Part shown: positions 13,770 through 23,057 of the stretch, piece after piece
Layout of the letters: every line of letters begins with the position of its first letter
Numbering within the stretch: position 1 is the stretch's first letter
NCBI RefSeq assembly: GCF_000011805.1
Contig: NC_006840.2
Length of the DNA stretch: 32,000 bases
Reading direction: 5' to 3' (one strand)
DNA from: Aliivibrio fischeri ES114
GTDB taxonomy: Bacteria; Pseudomonadota; Gammaproteobacteria; Enterobacterales; Vibrionaceae
The notes under the pieces: generated by a model
What the model was told of the DNA's origin: nothing
Database searches by the model: none
Seen by the model: the letters and a program-made list of their open reading frames with translations, nothing else
Program-made: the position numbers and the translations under genes

Positions 13770-14717
13770 TTGAGCAAACCATTACGCATTATTTTTGCGG
13801 GCACACCCGATTTCGCTGCTCGCCATTTATCAGCACTTATCGACTCTCACCATGAAGTGATTGGCGTATACACTCAACCTGATCGCCCAGCAGGTCGTGG
13901 TAAAAAGCTAACAGCAAGCCCAGTAAAAGAGCTGGCGCTTGAGCACAATATTCCTGTATTCCAGCCTGAAAACTTTAAGAGTGATGAAGCAAAGCAAGAG
14001 CTTGTTGACCAAAATGCTGATTTAATGGTTGTGGTTGCTTATGGCTTACTGCTACCACAAGCGGTGTTAGATACACCAAAATTGGGTTGCATTAACGTTC
14101 ATGGCTCGATTCTTCCTCGTTGGCGTGGTGCTGCACCTATTCAACGCTCTATTTGGGCAGGTGACGCCGAGACTGGCGTAACTATCATGCAAATGGATAT
14201 TGGTTTAGATACTGGCGATATGCTGAAGATTGCAACTTTGCCTATCGAAGCAACCGATACAAGCGCCTCAATGTACGACAAATTAGCTGAACTAGGCCCA
14301 GTCGCTTTAGTTGATTGTTTATCTGATATTGCTGATGGCTCTGCTATTGCACAAAAACAAGATGATGAACTGGCTAATTACGCGAAAAAACTCAGCAAAG
14401 AAGAAGCAAAGATTGATTGGACAATGGATGCAATTGCTATTGAACGCTGTGTTCGTGCTTTTAATCCATGGCCAATGAGTCACTTCTCTGTTGAAGATAA
14501 AGCCATTAAAGTATGGCAATCTCGTGTTGAAAGCTATACCGGAGATGCAACACCAGGCACCATTATTCAAGCGGATAAAACGGGCATTTATGTTGCGACA
14601 GGTTCAGATGCCATTGTCTTTGAACAACTGCAAGTACCTGGAAAAAAAGCAATGGGTGTTCAAGATATTTTGAATTCTCGCAAAGAATGGTTTGAAGTGG
14701 GTAATACCCTTAACTAA
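13770..14717 (+). CDS. fmt: methionyl-tRNA formyltransferase
   Basis: 315 aa. The N-terminus [19 protein letters not shown] aligns with E. coli Fmt residue for residue, which supports the TTG start at 13770. It carries the [15 protein letters not shown] motif. Confidence 0.95.
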   Translation: MSKPLRIIFAGTPDFAARHLSALIDSHHEVIGVYTQPDRPAGRGKKLTASPVKELALEHNIPVFQPENFKSDEAKQELVDQNADLMVVVAYGLLLPQAVLDTPKLGCINVHGSILPRWRGAAPIQRSIWAGDAETGVTIMQMDIGLDTGDMLKIATLPIEATDTSASMYDKLAELGPVALVDCLSDIADGSAIAQKQDDELANYAKKLSKEEAKIDWTMDAIAIERCVRAFNPWPMSHFSVEDKAIKVWQSRVESYTGDATPGTIIQADKTGIYVATGSDAIVFEQLQVPGKKAMGVQDILNSRKEWFEVGNTLN

Positions 14718-14734
14718 TTCTTCAAAAATATAAA

Positions 14735-14763
14735 AAGGTGGCATAATTGCCACCTTCGTTTTT
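14735..14763 (+). terminator. intrinsic terminator/attenuator between fmt and rsmB
   Basis: aaggtggca taat tgccacctt (9-bp stem) followed by cgttttt, 18 nt after the fmt stop and 59 nt before the rsmB ATG. Confidence 0.65.
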
Positions 14764-14821
14764 AAATGGCAAATATCGTATTTGCCTTTTTATTTTTGCC
14801 AACCATATTTTAGGTGATGAC

Positions 14822-16102
14822 ATGAACGTTCGTGCTGCGGCAGCCAAAGTTATTTATCAAGTTGTCGATCAGGGTCATTCTCTCTCTTCAGCGCTTCCAA
14901 AAGCTCAATCTGAGATCAAACCTCGTGACCAAGCTTTACTGCAAGAGATCTGCTATGGCGTACTGCGCTTTCTTCCTCGTTTAGAGTCTGTTGCTCAATC
15001 ATTAATGGATAAACCATTAAAGGGAAAACAACGAGTATTCCATCATCTAATTCTTGTGGGTATTTACCAACTGAGTTTCATGCGTATTCCTGCACACGCA
15101 GCAGTAGCGGAAACCGTTGAAGGTACAAAGAATTTAAAAGGTCCAAAACTACGCGGACTGATCAACGCGGTATTACGTAATTATCAACGTAGCCAAGAAG
15201 AGTTGGATGCGAAATCAGTAAGCCATGACTCAGGAAAATATGGTCATCCGGGCTGGTTATTGAAAATGCTACAACAAGCTTACCCAGAACAATGGGAAAA
15301 TATTGTTGAAGCCAATAACAGTAAAGCACCAATGTGGTTACGTGTTAATAGCCAACACCACACTCGCGATGAATATATAGCTCTACTTGAAAAAGAAGAG
15401 ATCAGTGTTACGCCACACAGCCAAGCGACGGATGCTCTGTTATTAGATAAAGCGCGTGATGTATATACACTTCCTGGCTTTGAGCAAGGTTGGGTATCAG
15501 TACAAGATGCTGCTGCTCAATTATCAGCAGAGTACCTACAACCTCAAAATGGCGAATTAATTCTTGATTGCTGTGCTGCTCCTGGTGGTAAAACAGCGCA
15601 CATTCTAGAACGCACACAAGATACAAGTGTGGTTGCCATTGATTGTGATGAAACACGTTTAAAACGAGTTTATGAAAACTTAGAACGCTTAAACCTTAAA
15701 GCACAAGTTATTTGTGGTGATGCTCGCCATCCAGAAGAATGGTGGAAAGGCGAACAATTTGACCGCATTTTATTGGACGCACCTTGTTCTGCAACAGGGG
15801 TTATTCGTCGTCACCCAGACATCAAGTGGTTACGTCGTTCAGAAGACATTAAAGCACTGGCTGAACTGCAAAGTGAAATCTTTGATGCTATGTGGTTACA
15901 GTTAAAGTCTGGCGGCACCATGGTTTATGCGACTTGTTCAATTACGCCTTTAGAAAACTGCGATCAGGTAAAAGCGTTTTTAGCACGAACAAGTGATGCA
16001 ACATTAATTGATAATACAGATCCTGAAAAACCAGGACGTCAAATTCTTCCAGGTGAAGAGAATATGGACGGCTTCTACTACGCTGTTCTACAAAAAGCCT
16101 AA
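14822..16102 (+). CDS. rsmB: 16S rRNA (cytosine967-C5)-methyltransferase
   Basis: 426 aa. The N-terminal NusB-like domain [21 protein letters not shown] aligns with the E. coli RsmB N-terminus. The SAM-binding motif reads [10 protein letters not shown], and the catalytic motifs are DAPCSATG and TCS. The track start at 14747 runs through the terminator hairpin and is rejected. Confidence 0.93.
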   Translation: MNVRAAAAKVIYQVVDQGHSLSSALPKAQSEIKPRDQALLQEICYGVLRFLPRLESVAQSLMDKPLKGKQRVFHHLILVGIYQLSFMRIPAHAAVAETVEGTKNLKGPKLRGLINAVLRNYQRSQEELDAKSVSHDSGKYGHPGWLLKMLQQAYPEQWENIVEANNSKAPMWLRVNSQHHTRDEYIALLEKEEISVTPHSQATDALLLDKARDVYTLPGFEQGWVSVQDAAAQLSAEYLQPQNGELILDCCAAPGGKTAHILERTQDTSVVAIDCDETRLKRVYENLERLNLKAQVICGDARHPEEWWKGEQFDRILLDAPCSATGVIRRHPDIKWLRRSEDIKALAELQSEIFDAMWLQLKSGGTMVYATCSITPLENCDQVKAFLARTSDATLIDNTDPEKPGRQILPGEENMDGFYYAVLQKA

Positions 16103-16126
16103 TCGGAATACGAGCGAGCAAACGGT

Positions 16127-17503
16127 ATGAAAATCATCATCTTAGGTGCGGGTCAAGTGGGCGGCACATTAGCTGAGAACTTGGTGGGCGAAAACAACGA
16201 TATTACGGTTGTTGATAAGAGCTCTGAACGACTGCGTGAGTTGCAAGATAAATACGATTTACGTGTAGTTCAAGGGTTTGCTAGTCACCCAGATACATTA
16301 AGAGAAGCCGGTGCACAAGATGCCGATATGTTAGTTGCCGTCACTAATTCCGACGAAACGAACATGATCGCCTGTCAAATTGCATTTACTGTATTTAATA
16401 CACCAAACCGTATTGCTCGTATTCGTTCTCCTGAATATTTAAGAGAAAAAGAACGCCTTTTCCAATCAGATGCGATTCCAGTTGATCATTTGATCGCTCC
16501 AGAAGAACTCGTTACTGGATACATCGAACGCTTAATCGAATACCCAGGTGCACTTCAAGTAGCCAGCTTTGCAGAGAAGAAAGTAAGTCTTGTTGCTGTT
16601 AAAGCCTATTACGGTGGTCCTCTCGTCGGTAATGCGTTATCCGCACTTCGTGATCACATGCCTCATATTGATACTCGTGTTGCGGCTATTTTCCGTCAAG
16701 GCCGACCAATTCGCCCTCAGGGAACGACCGTTATCGAAGCTGACGATGAAGTATTCTTTGTTGCAGCAAGTAACCATATCCGTGCAGTAATGAGTGAATT
16801 ACAGCGTTTAGAGCGCCCATACAAACGAATTATGATTGTTGGTGGCGGTAATATCGGAGCAGGTCTTGCGAGACGCTTAGAACAAAACTACAGCGTTAAA
16901 CTGATTGAACGTAATATGAAGCGAGCAGAAGAGTTATCTGAACTGCTTGAAGAAAGCATTGTATTTTGTGGTGATGCTGCAGACCAAGAGCTACTAAGTG
17001 AAGAACACATCGATCAAGTTGATGTGTTCATCGCTGTCACTAACGAAGACGAAGCCAATATCATGTCAGCCATGCTAGCAAAACGCATGGGTGCTAAAAA
17101 AGTCATGGTATTGATTCAACGTGGCGCTTATGTGGATTTAGTGCAGGGTGGCGTTATTGATGTGGCCATCTCACCACAACAAGCGACAATTTCAGCGCTA
17201 TTAACGCATGTTCGTCGTGCTGATATCGTTAACGTATCCTCTCTTCGTCGTGGTGCAGCCGAAGCGATTGAAGCCATTGCACATGGTGATGAAACCACAT
17301 CAAAAGTCGTTGGTAGAGAAGTTCAAAATATAAAACTACCACCAGGCACAACCATTGGTGCAATTGTTCGAGGTGAAGAAGTATTAATCGCACACGATAA
17401 GACCGTGATAGAGCAGGATGATCACGTTGTTATGTTCCTAGTGGATAAGAAATACGTTCAGGATGTAGAACGCTTATTCCAACCGAGTCCGTTCTTCTTA
17501 TAA
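16127..17503 (+). CDS. trkA: Trk potassium uptake system NAD-binding subunit
   Basis: 458 aa, near-collinear with E. coli TrkA ([30 protein letters not shown] ... FQPSPFFL). Confidence 0.97.
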   Translation: MKIIILGAGQVGGTLAENLVGENNDITVVDKSSERLRELQDKYDLRVVQGFASHPDTLREAGAQDADMLVAVTNSDETNMIACQIAFTVFNTPNRIARIRSPEYLREKERLFQSDAIPVDHLIAPEELVTGYIERLIEYPGALQVASFAEKKVSLVAVKAYYGGPLVGNALSALRDHMPHIDTRVAAIFRQGRPIRPQGTTVIEADDEVFFVAASNHIRAVMSELQRLERPYKRIMIVGGGNIGAGLARRLEQNYSVKLIERNMKRAEELSELLEESIVFCGDAADQELLSEEHIDQVDVFIAVTNEDEANIMSAMLAKRMGAKKVMVLIQRGAYVDLVQGGVIDVAISPQQATISALLTHVRRADIVNVSSLRRGAAEAIEAIAHGDETTSKVVGREVQNIKLPPGTTIGAIVRGEEVLIAHDKTVIEQDDHVVMFLVDKKYVQDVERLFQPSPFFL

Positions 17504-17505
17504 TT

Positions 17506-18951
17506 ATGGTTAACTACAAACCGATCCTATTTGTAATAGGGCTTGTTTTATCAAAACTCGCCCTATTTATGTATATCCCGACACTCGTAGCACTGTTTAC
17601 AGGTACTGGTGGTTTTATCGAATTTGGACAAGCGGTTGCCATTACTCACATAGTGGCATTTGCTTGTTTAACTTTGGGCCGCAGCAAACAGTTTAAAATG
17701 AACGTGCGGGATATGTTTTTAATAACAACACTTGTGTGGACCATTGCAAGTGCTTTCGCTGCACTTCCTTTTGTGTTTATTAACCACATCAGCTTTACCG
17801 ACGCTTACTTTGAAACCATGTCAGGCATCACAACGACTGGTTCAACGGTGCTCAGTGGGTTAGATGATATGGCACCAAGTATTTTATTATGGCGTTCAAC
17901 GTTACAGTGGCTAGGTGGTGTAGGTTTTATTGTAATGGCAGTAGCCATCTTACCTATGCTCAATGTCGGTGGTATGCGACTGTTCCAAACGGAATCTTCT
18001 GATTGGTCAGATAAAAGCGCCCCGAGAACCAAATATGTCGCCAAATACATTGTGAATGTGTATTTAAGCTTAACCTTACTGTGTTTCTTAAGCTATTTAG
18101 TGACAGGGATGACACCATTTGAAGCCATAAACCACGCATTTACTACGCTATCCACAGGAGGATACTCCACCTCTGATAGTTCAATGAATCGTTTTTCAAA
18201 TAGCACGCACTGGGTAGCATCATTCTTTATGTTTGCAGGTGGTTTGCCTTTCTTACTCTTTATTCAAGTACTTAAAAAGCGCGATCCCAAAGTTCTCTTT
18301 AAAGATGCTCAGGTCGTTGGGTTTCTAAAATTAGTATTAATCACCAGCTTATTAGTTGCGATTTGGTTAGTGATTCATAATGACTATGCCATTATGGATG
18401 CGTTACGAGTCTCTGTGTTTAATATTGTTTCTGTTGTGACTACAACGGGTTTTGGTTTGGATGACTTTACATCGTGGGGAGCATTCCCTGCCATCATCTT
18501 TGCTTTTGTTATGCTAACAGGTGCATGTTCAGGTTCGACAGCGGGTGGTATAAAAATCTTCCGCTTCCAGATTGCATCAACCATGTTGAATAAACAGATG
18601 ATGAAACTGATCCACCCATCAGGGATCTTTGTTCAACGTTATAATGGCCGTCCAGTAACCGATGACATTGCACGTTCGGTTGTTGCTCTTGTCTTTACCT
18701 TCCTATTAACCATCATCATTATCTCTGCGTTATTAGGTAGCTTAGGACTTGATCCCGTAACGAGTATCACCAGTGCCGTTACTGCTGTTGCTAACGTAGG
18801 TCCAGGTATGGGGCATATTGTTGGCCCAACAGGTAACTTTGCAACACTACCAGATACGGCAAAATGGATACTCAGTATTGGAATGTTGATGGGGCGATTA
18901 GAAATTTTAACCGTATTGGTTTTATTCTTCCCAGCCTTTTGGAAGGGTTAA
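17506..18951 (+). CDS. trkH: Trk potassium uptake system membrane subunit
   Basis: A 481-aa polytopic membrane protein with repeated selectivity-filter-like TTTG/STGG/TTTGFG/GSTAGG motifs. It starts 2 nt after the trkA stop. Confidence 0.92.
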   Translation: MVNYKPILFVIGLVLSKLALFMYIPTLVALFTGTGGFIEFGQAVAITHIVAFACLTLGRSKQFKMNVRDMFLITTLVWTIASAFAALPFVFINHISFTDAYFETMSGITTTGSTVLSGLDDMAPSILLWRSTLQWLGGVGFIVMAVAILPMLNVGGMRLFQTESSDWSDKSAPRTKYVAKYIVNVYLSLTLLCFLSYLVTGMTPFEAINHAFTTLSTGGYSTSDSSMNRFSNSTHWVASFFMFAGGLPFLLFIQVLKKRDPKVLFKDAQVVGFLKLVLITSLLVAIWLVIHNDYAIMDALRVSVFNIVSVVTTTGFGLDDFTSWGAFPAIIFAFVMLTGACSGSTAGGIKIFRFQIASTMLNKQMMKLIHPSGIFVQRYNGRPVTDDIARSVVALVFTFLLTIIIISALLGSLGLDPVTSITSAVTAVANVGPGMGHIVGPTGNFATLPDTAKWILSIGMLMGRLEILTVLVLFFPAFWKG

Positions 18952-18963
18952 CACAGTAACAAT

Positions 18964-18998
18964 GAAAAATGACCTAGTATTTCTACTAGGCCATTTTT
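18964..18998. terminator. bidirectional intrinsic terminator between convergent trkH and the hemolysin-III gene
   Basis: aaaaa atgacctagta tttc tactaggccat ttttt: an 11-bp stem with one A.C mismatch, flanked by an A-run and a T-run. Confidence 0.8.
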
Positions 18999-19013
18999 AT
19001 TTATAAACAGGTA

Positions 19014-19661
19014 TTAAACCGGCTTTACGTAATAATAAATCGACAAGAATTGAGTAACACAGCCACCTAATACAAATAAGTGCCAAATAGCATGGTTATA
19101 TGGGATCTTTTTGGCGACATAAAAAATAACACCTAAAGAATAAATCACACCACCAAGTCCCAGCAAAATCACACCGTTAATATCGATATGAATAACCAAT
19201 TGATACACAGCAATCACTGATAACCATCCCATTATGAGATAGGTAATTAGCGATAATTTTTTAAATCGATATACAAATACAATTTTTCCAATAATACCAA
19301 TAAGCGCAATAGCCCAAATCACACCCATCAACCAGTAGGCTAATGGTGTTCTCAAACTCACCAATAAATAGGGTGTATAGCTACCGGCAATCAAAAGAAA
19401 AATCGCACAATGATCCAAGGTTTTTAATAATCTTTTCGCTTTAGGTGCGGCAATAGAATGGTAAAGCGTCGACGCTAAAAAAAGTAAAATAATACTCGCA
19501 CCATAAACAGACATACTGGTTATGGTTAGCCAATCCGCATTAGCTGCATTGGCTTTTAAAAGCAATAAGATTAAAGCAACAACACCAAAAACCATCCCTA
19601 AAGCATGGCTTAAACTGTTCGCTAATTCTTCTTTTTTTGAATATGGAGCGGAGGTAGGCAT
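19014..19661 (-). CDS. hemolysin III / PAQR family 7-TM membrane protein
   Basis: 215 aa with seven hydrophobic segments and conserved PAQR motifs (NSLSHALG..., [32 protein letters not shown]). Confidence 0.88.
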   Translation of the reverse strand: MPTSAPYSKKEELANSLSHALGMVFGVVALILLLLKANAANADWLTITSMSVYGASIILLFLASTLYHSIAAPKAKRLLKTLDHCAIFLLIAGSYTPYLLVSLRTPLAYWLMGVIWAIALIGIIGKIVFVYRFKKLSLITYLIMGWLSVIAVYQLVIHIDINGVILLGLGGVIYSLGVIFYVAKKIPYNHAIWHLFVLGGCVTQFLSIYYYVKPV

Positions 19662-19697
19662 AATTATCTCATAGAGTGATTACTCGATAAGATCAGT

Positions 19698-19745
19698 ATG
19701 ACACATTTAAGCGTACAGTTGTAAGCTTAAATGTGTCATTTTTTT
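19698..19745 (+). terminator. strong plus-strand-oriented intrinsic terminator with no plus-strand gene upstream
   Basis: A 15-bp perfect stem: atgacacatttaagc (19698..19712) pairs with gcttaaatgtgtcat (19725..19739). Three more pairs form in the loop, and a T7 run follows on the plus strand. On the minus strand the hairpin is followed by actgatcttatcg, which is not a U-tract. Confidence 0.6.
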
Positions 19746-19760
19746 CATCAAACCTATCAA

Positions 19761-20549
19761 TTAGGTGGTTTGATTTAAGAAATCAATCACTTGCTTCCCT
19801 GCTTCTTCTGGCGTTAAACGGGTTGAAAGACTTAATTTTCTTTTTAACTCACCACGCCCAAGCATTGATGATAATAAGCCTCGCGCACCACCTTTATGTC
19901 TTCTGTCTATCTCAAACCATAATTGCAACTCATCCGCTGTTCTATGAGCAATCATTTCAAGCTCTCGCCAGCTACCATGATAAGGGCCATCAAAAGGCAC
20001 AAACTCAAACTCTTGCACAAAAGGTAAATCAAACCCTTTAACGTGCTCACATTCAACCTGACGGATCCGCAAGCCTTCAGTTTCTAAGGCGGTTAATACA
20101 CCATCAAAGAGATCATCAGGACGAACAGTAATAGGGTCTTTATCTGTTGGATCTAAACCAAGAGAAATATCTAACCCTGTTTGAACCCACACTTTGGCAT
20201 CACCAATCGTAATTGGTGTATTTAGTGGAAGATCCAATTCCAATTCAAATTTACGCTCTTGCTTTGGCTCTATCGTAAATGCATAAGGCAAACTCCAATC
20301 CGCCAACACATGAGTTTGCTTAATCATTTGGGTTTGTGAGCCATTTTCACTTTTACGATGAACTTCTTTTTTGTACTGACAACATAATTTCAAATCAATA
20401 TTATCAATATCTTGAGCCGTTGCACCGCCAGTAACTTCAATGGTTACTTGAGCTTTTTGCCCTGGTATCAAAACTTCATGGTGAATGATCGTATCCACAT
20501 TTGCAGAACCAATGCCTAATGACGCTAACGTTTTTTTAAAAAAAGACAT
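19761..20549 (-). CDS. Spo0M (sporulation-control) family protein, function unknown in Gammaproteobacteria
   Basis: 262 aa. The N-terminus MSFFKKTLASLGIGSANVDT...GGATAQDIDNIDL is typical of the SpoOM family as I remember it. The RBS aggagat lies upstream. Confidence 0.75.
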   Translation of the reverse strand: MSFFKKTLASLGIGSANVDTIIHHEVLIPGQKAQVTIEVTGGATAQDIDNIDLKLCCQYKKEVHRKSENGSQTQMIKQTHVLADWSLPYAFTIEPKQERKFELELDLPLNTPITIGDAKVWVQTGLDISLGLDPTDKDPITVRPDDLFDGVLTALETEGLRIRQVECEHVKGFDLPFVQEFEFVPFDGPYHGSWRELEMIAHRTADELQLWFEIDRRHKGGARGLLSSMLGRGELKRKLSLSTRLTPEEAGKQVIDFLNQTT

Positions 20550-20789
20550 TTTTATCTCCTAACCAATCCATGTTTTATGCTCTTATTATTGCTCAGTTAT
20601 CATAATTACGCTGAGATGCACCTCGACTAATTGACAGTTTATGTTACCCTTATAGGGTGTTTTTTAAACACATAATCCTGACTATTTATTTGGATTGGCG
20701 AAAGCTAAAAAGAGTTTCACCTTGATGTAACTCATAAATAGTTAGGTCATTAATTTGGCCAAGGAAGTGCCTGACTATAGAGATAGATA

Positions 20790-20957
20790 ATGCGTCCTAT
20801 GACTGTCAGGTTCTCACGCTCTGCTTCAACACATAGCGTGGATCGTCGTCGCAGCCACTTTGTAAAAGCAGCTGTTGCGAAAAAGAACGTACCTGAAATG
20901 ACTTTAGTGGTTTCAGAAAAAACAGAAACTGAAAAAGAAGTTTCATGTGCGGCATAA
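20790..20957 (+). CDS. hypothetical small basic protein (55 aa), missing from the ORF track because it is under 60 aa
   Basis: ATG at 20790, TAA at 20955..20957. Translation: MRPMTVRFSRSASTHSVDRRRSHFVKAAVAKKNVPEMTLVVSEKTETEKEVSCAA. A terminator follows 8 nt later. The SD is weak (gaga), and I recognise no homologue. It could instead be a noncoding RNA. Confidence 0.35.
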   Translation: MRPMTVRFSRSASTHSVDRRRSHFVKAAVAKKNVPEMTLVVSEKTETEKEVSCAA

Positions 20958-20964
20958 TTTAAAA

Positions 20965-20996
20965 GCGTAGCCTATTGGTTGCGCTTTTTCTTTTTT
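20965..20996 (+). terminator. intrinsic terminator downstream of the 55-codon ORF
   Basis: gcgtagcc tatt ggttgcgc (8-bp stem with two G.U pairs) followed by tttttctttttt. Confidence 0.7.
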
Positions 20997-21107
20997 AAAA
21001 AGCACTTTTTTCTACATGAGAATCCGATCATTTACTTACTCTAACTGGTATTAACATCCCTTATAACTGATATATACTAACCCTAATAATTATAAGGAGA
21101 ATGCTCA

Positions 21108-21371
21108 ATGAAATGTCACCGCGTAAATGAATTAATCGAATTAATTCACCCTGAATGGAAAAAAGAACCAGAACTAAATCTTATGCAGTTTATTGTAAAA
21201 CTTGCAGAAGAAACAAAATACGAAGGTAAGTTAGAAGACCTTACTGATGATGTTCTAATCTATCACCTAAAAATGCGAAATAGCGAAAAAACAGAAATGA
21301 TCCCAGGTCTTGCTAAAGACCAAGAAGATGATTTTAAAACCGCAATTCTAAAAGCTCGTGGGATTTTATAA
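21108..21371 (+). CDS. yihD: YihD (DUF1040) protein
   Basis: 87 aa. [28 protein letters not shown]...[13 protein letters not shown]...[15 protein letters not shown] is collinear with E. coli YihD. The RBS aaggaga lies upstream. Confidence 0.9.
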   Translation: MKCHRVNELIELIHPEWKKEPELNLMQFIVKLAEETKYEGKLEDLTDDVLIYHLKMRNSEKTEMIPGLAKDQEDDFKTAILKARGIL

Positions 21372-21388
21372 GTAACTCACCATGCTAT

Positions 21389-21420
21389 GATCTGGTTTGT
21401 CACCGAACCAGATCGGTTTC
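21389..21420 (+). terminator. hairpin after yihD (weak terminator)
   Basis: gatctggtt tgtcaccg aaccagatc (9-bp stem) followed by ggtttcc, which is a poor U-tract. Confidence 0.45.
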
Positions 21421-21582
21421 CTATCAAATAAAACACACTTTTTTAACTAAATTTGAACCTTCTTACGTATTCCTTTTAGTCATCAGGCTATAATTCATCC
21501 GCAATGTCATCTAGTTACCAAGTAAAAAATAATGCTCAACACTACTCACTTGGTATCATAATAATAATATTTAGGAAGAATA

Positions 21583-23001
21583 ATGAGTCAGGAAAAAATA
21601 GACATCAAGGATGTGACTCCAAAGCAATTTAACCCTAAGACCCATAAATCCAGTAGTGATCGCTTTAATCCAAGCTCTGGAATTTATGTTCGCCAAAGTA
21701 AAGGAACCTTCCAGAAATTGCGCCGCTATGGAGCATGGTTTCTGCTTGCCTTATTTATTCTCACACCTTGGATTTCCTTTGGTGACCGCCAAGCTATTTT
21801 ACTCGATATTGGAAATCAGCAGTTTAGCTTCTTTGGTACGACTCTTTTCCCTCAAGACCTGACTCTTCTCGCGCTTCTTTTTGTGATAGCCGCCTTCGGG
21901 TTGTTTTTTATCACCACTTTTTTAGGACGAGTATGGTGTGGTTATTTGTGTCCACAAACCGTTTGGACTTTCATGTACATTTGGTTTGAAGAAAAATTAG
22001 AAGGCTCAGCCAACAAACGTCGTAAACAAGATCAAATGAAAAAGACACCAAACTTGTTACTTCGAAAAACACTCAAACACCTCGCATGGATTACTATTGC
22101 TATTGCCACTGGCATTACTTTTGTCGGCTATTTTGTTCCTGTAAAAGAACTCGTTGTTGATTTTTTTACTTTCAATAGTGATTTTTTACCTGCATTTTGG
22201 GTTCTTTTCTTTGCTGGCTGTACTTATGGAAACGCAGGTTGGATGCGTTCAATCGTTTGTTTGCATATGTGTCCTTACGCTCGTTTCCAATCAGCCATGT
22301 TTGATAAAGACACTTATATTGTTGGTTATGACCCAAAACGAGGAGAAGCTCGTGGTCCTCGATCACGTAAAAAAGATCCAAAAGAATTAGGATTAGGCGA
22401 CTGTATTGACTGTAATTTATGCGTGCAGGTATGTCCGACAGGCATCGATATCCGTGATGGTCTGCAATACGAATGCATTAACTGTGGCGCTTGTATTGAT
22501 GCGTGTAACGAAACCATGGATAAGATGAAATATGACAAAAACCTTATCAGCTATACCACTGAACATAAATTAGCTGGACATAAAACTCATGTTCTGCGTC
22601 CAAAGTTAATTGGTTATGGTGTCGTTATGTTGCTGATGATAGGGCTATTTATTACTCAAATAGCAACGGTAGAACCTATGGGGCTAGATGTTTTACGCGA
22701 TAGAAACCAATTAGCCAGAATCAGCAGTTCGGGTTTAATCGAAAATACTTACACCTTAAAAATCATTAATAAAACCCAACAAACTCAAGAATACGATCTC
22801 AATGTAACAGGCATTGATAATCTCACTTGGTATGGTTCACAACGTGTGAATGTCAAAGCAGGTGAGGTATTAAGCTTACCGATAAGCTTAGGAGCAAGTG
22901 AAGCCGAATTAAATAAAACCATCACAACAATTGAATTTGAAATAACGAATTCTGATGGCCAAGTGATAAAAGCTGAAAGTCGATTCTTTAAAAAGCTATA
23001 A
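21583..23001 (+). CDS. ccoG: cytochrome c oxidase (cbb3) accessory protein CcoG/FixG, membrane 4Fe-4S ferredoxin
   Basis: 472 aa with the CGYLCPQ motif, HMCPYARFQ, two ferredoxin clusters (CIDCNLCVQVCP and CINCGACIDAC), TM helices and a C-terminal FixG_C-like beta domain. The RBS aggaag lies upstream. Confidence 0.88.
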   Translation: MSQEKIDIKDVTPKQFNPKTHKSSSDRFNPSSGIYVRQSKGTFQKLRRYGAWFLLALFILTPWISFGDRQAILLDIGNQQFSFFGTTLFPQDLTLLALLFVIAAFGLFFITTFLGRVWCGYLCPQTVWTFMYIWFEEKLEGSANKRRKQDQMKKTPNLLLRKTLKHLAWITIAIATGITFVGYFVPVKELVVDFFTFNSDFLPAFWVLFFAGCTYGNAGWMRSIVCLHMCPYARFQSAMFDKDTYIVGYDPKRGEARGPRSRKKDPKELGLGDCIDCNLCVQVCPTGIDIRDGLQYECINCGACIDACNETMDKMKYDKNLISYTTEHKLAGHKTHVLRPKLIGYGVVMLLMIGLFITQIATVEPMGLDVLRDRNQLARISSSGLIENTYTLKIINKTQQTQEYDLNVTGIDNLTWYGSQRVNVKAGEVLSLPISLGASEAELNKTITTIEFEITNSDGQVIKAESRFFKKL

Positions 23002-23020
23002 TCACTTTATTACTGACACA

Positions 23021-23046
23021 AAAGGCTCGTAATGAGCCTTTTTTAT
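23021..23046 (+). terminator. intrinsic terminator after ccoG
   Basis: aaaggctc gtaat gagccttt followed by tttat. It ends 12 nt before the srkA ATG. Confidence 0.8.
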
Positions 23047-23057
23047 TGAGAATGACT

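Noticed and set aside
20644-20667. Small hairpin accct tat agggt followed by gtttttt (possible plus-strand terminator)
   Set aside because: The stem is only 5 bp, and nothing convincing upstream on the plus strand could be terminated. It is too weak to call.
20640-20960. Possibility that the Spo0M-gene/yihD intergenic region encodes a CsrB-type, Qrr-type or Spot 42 sRNA
   Set aside because: There are only 2-3 GGA motifs, far fewer than the many loop GGAs a CsrB-type RNA would carry. I see no similarity to the Qrr core or to the Spot 42 sequence as I remember them. Spot 42 normally lies next to polA/engB, which are not here. The region is kept only as an unclassified candidate.
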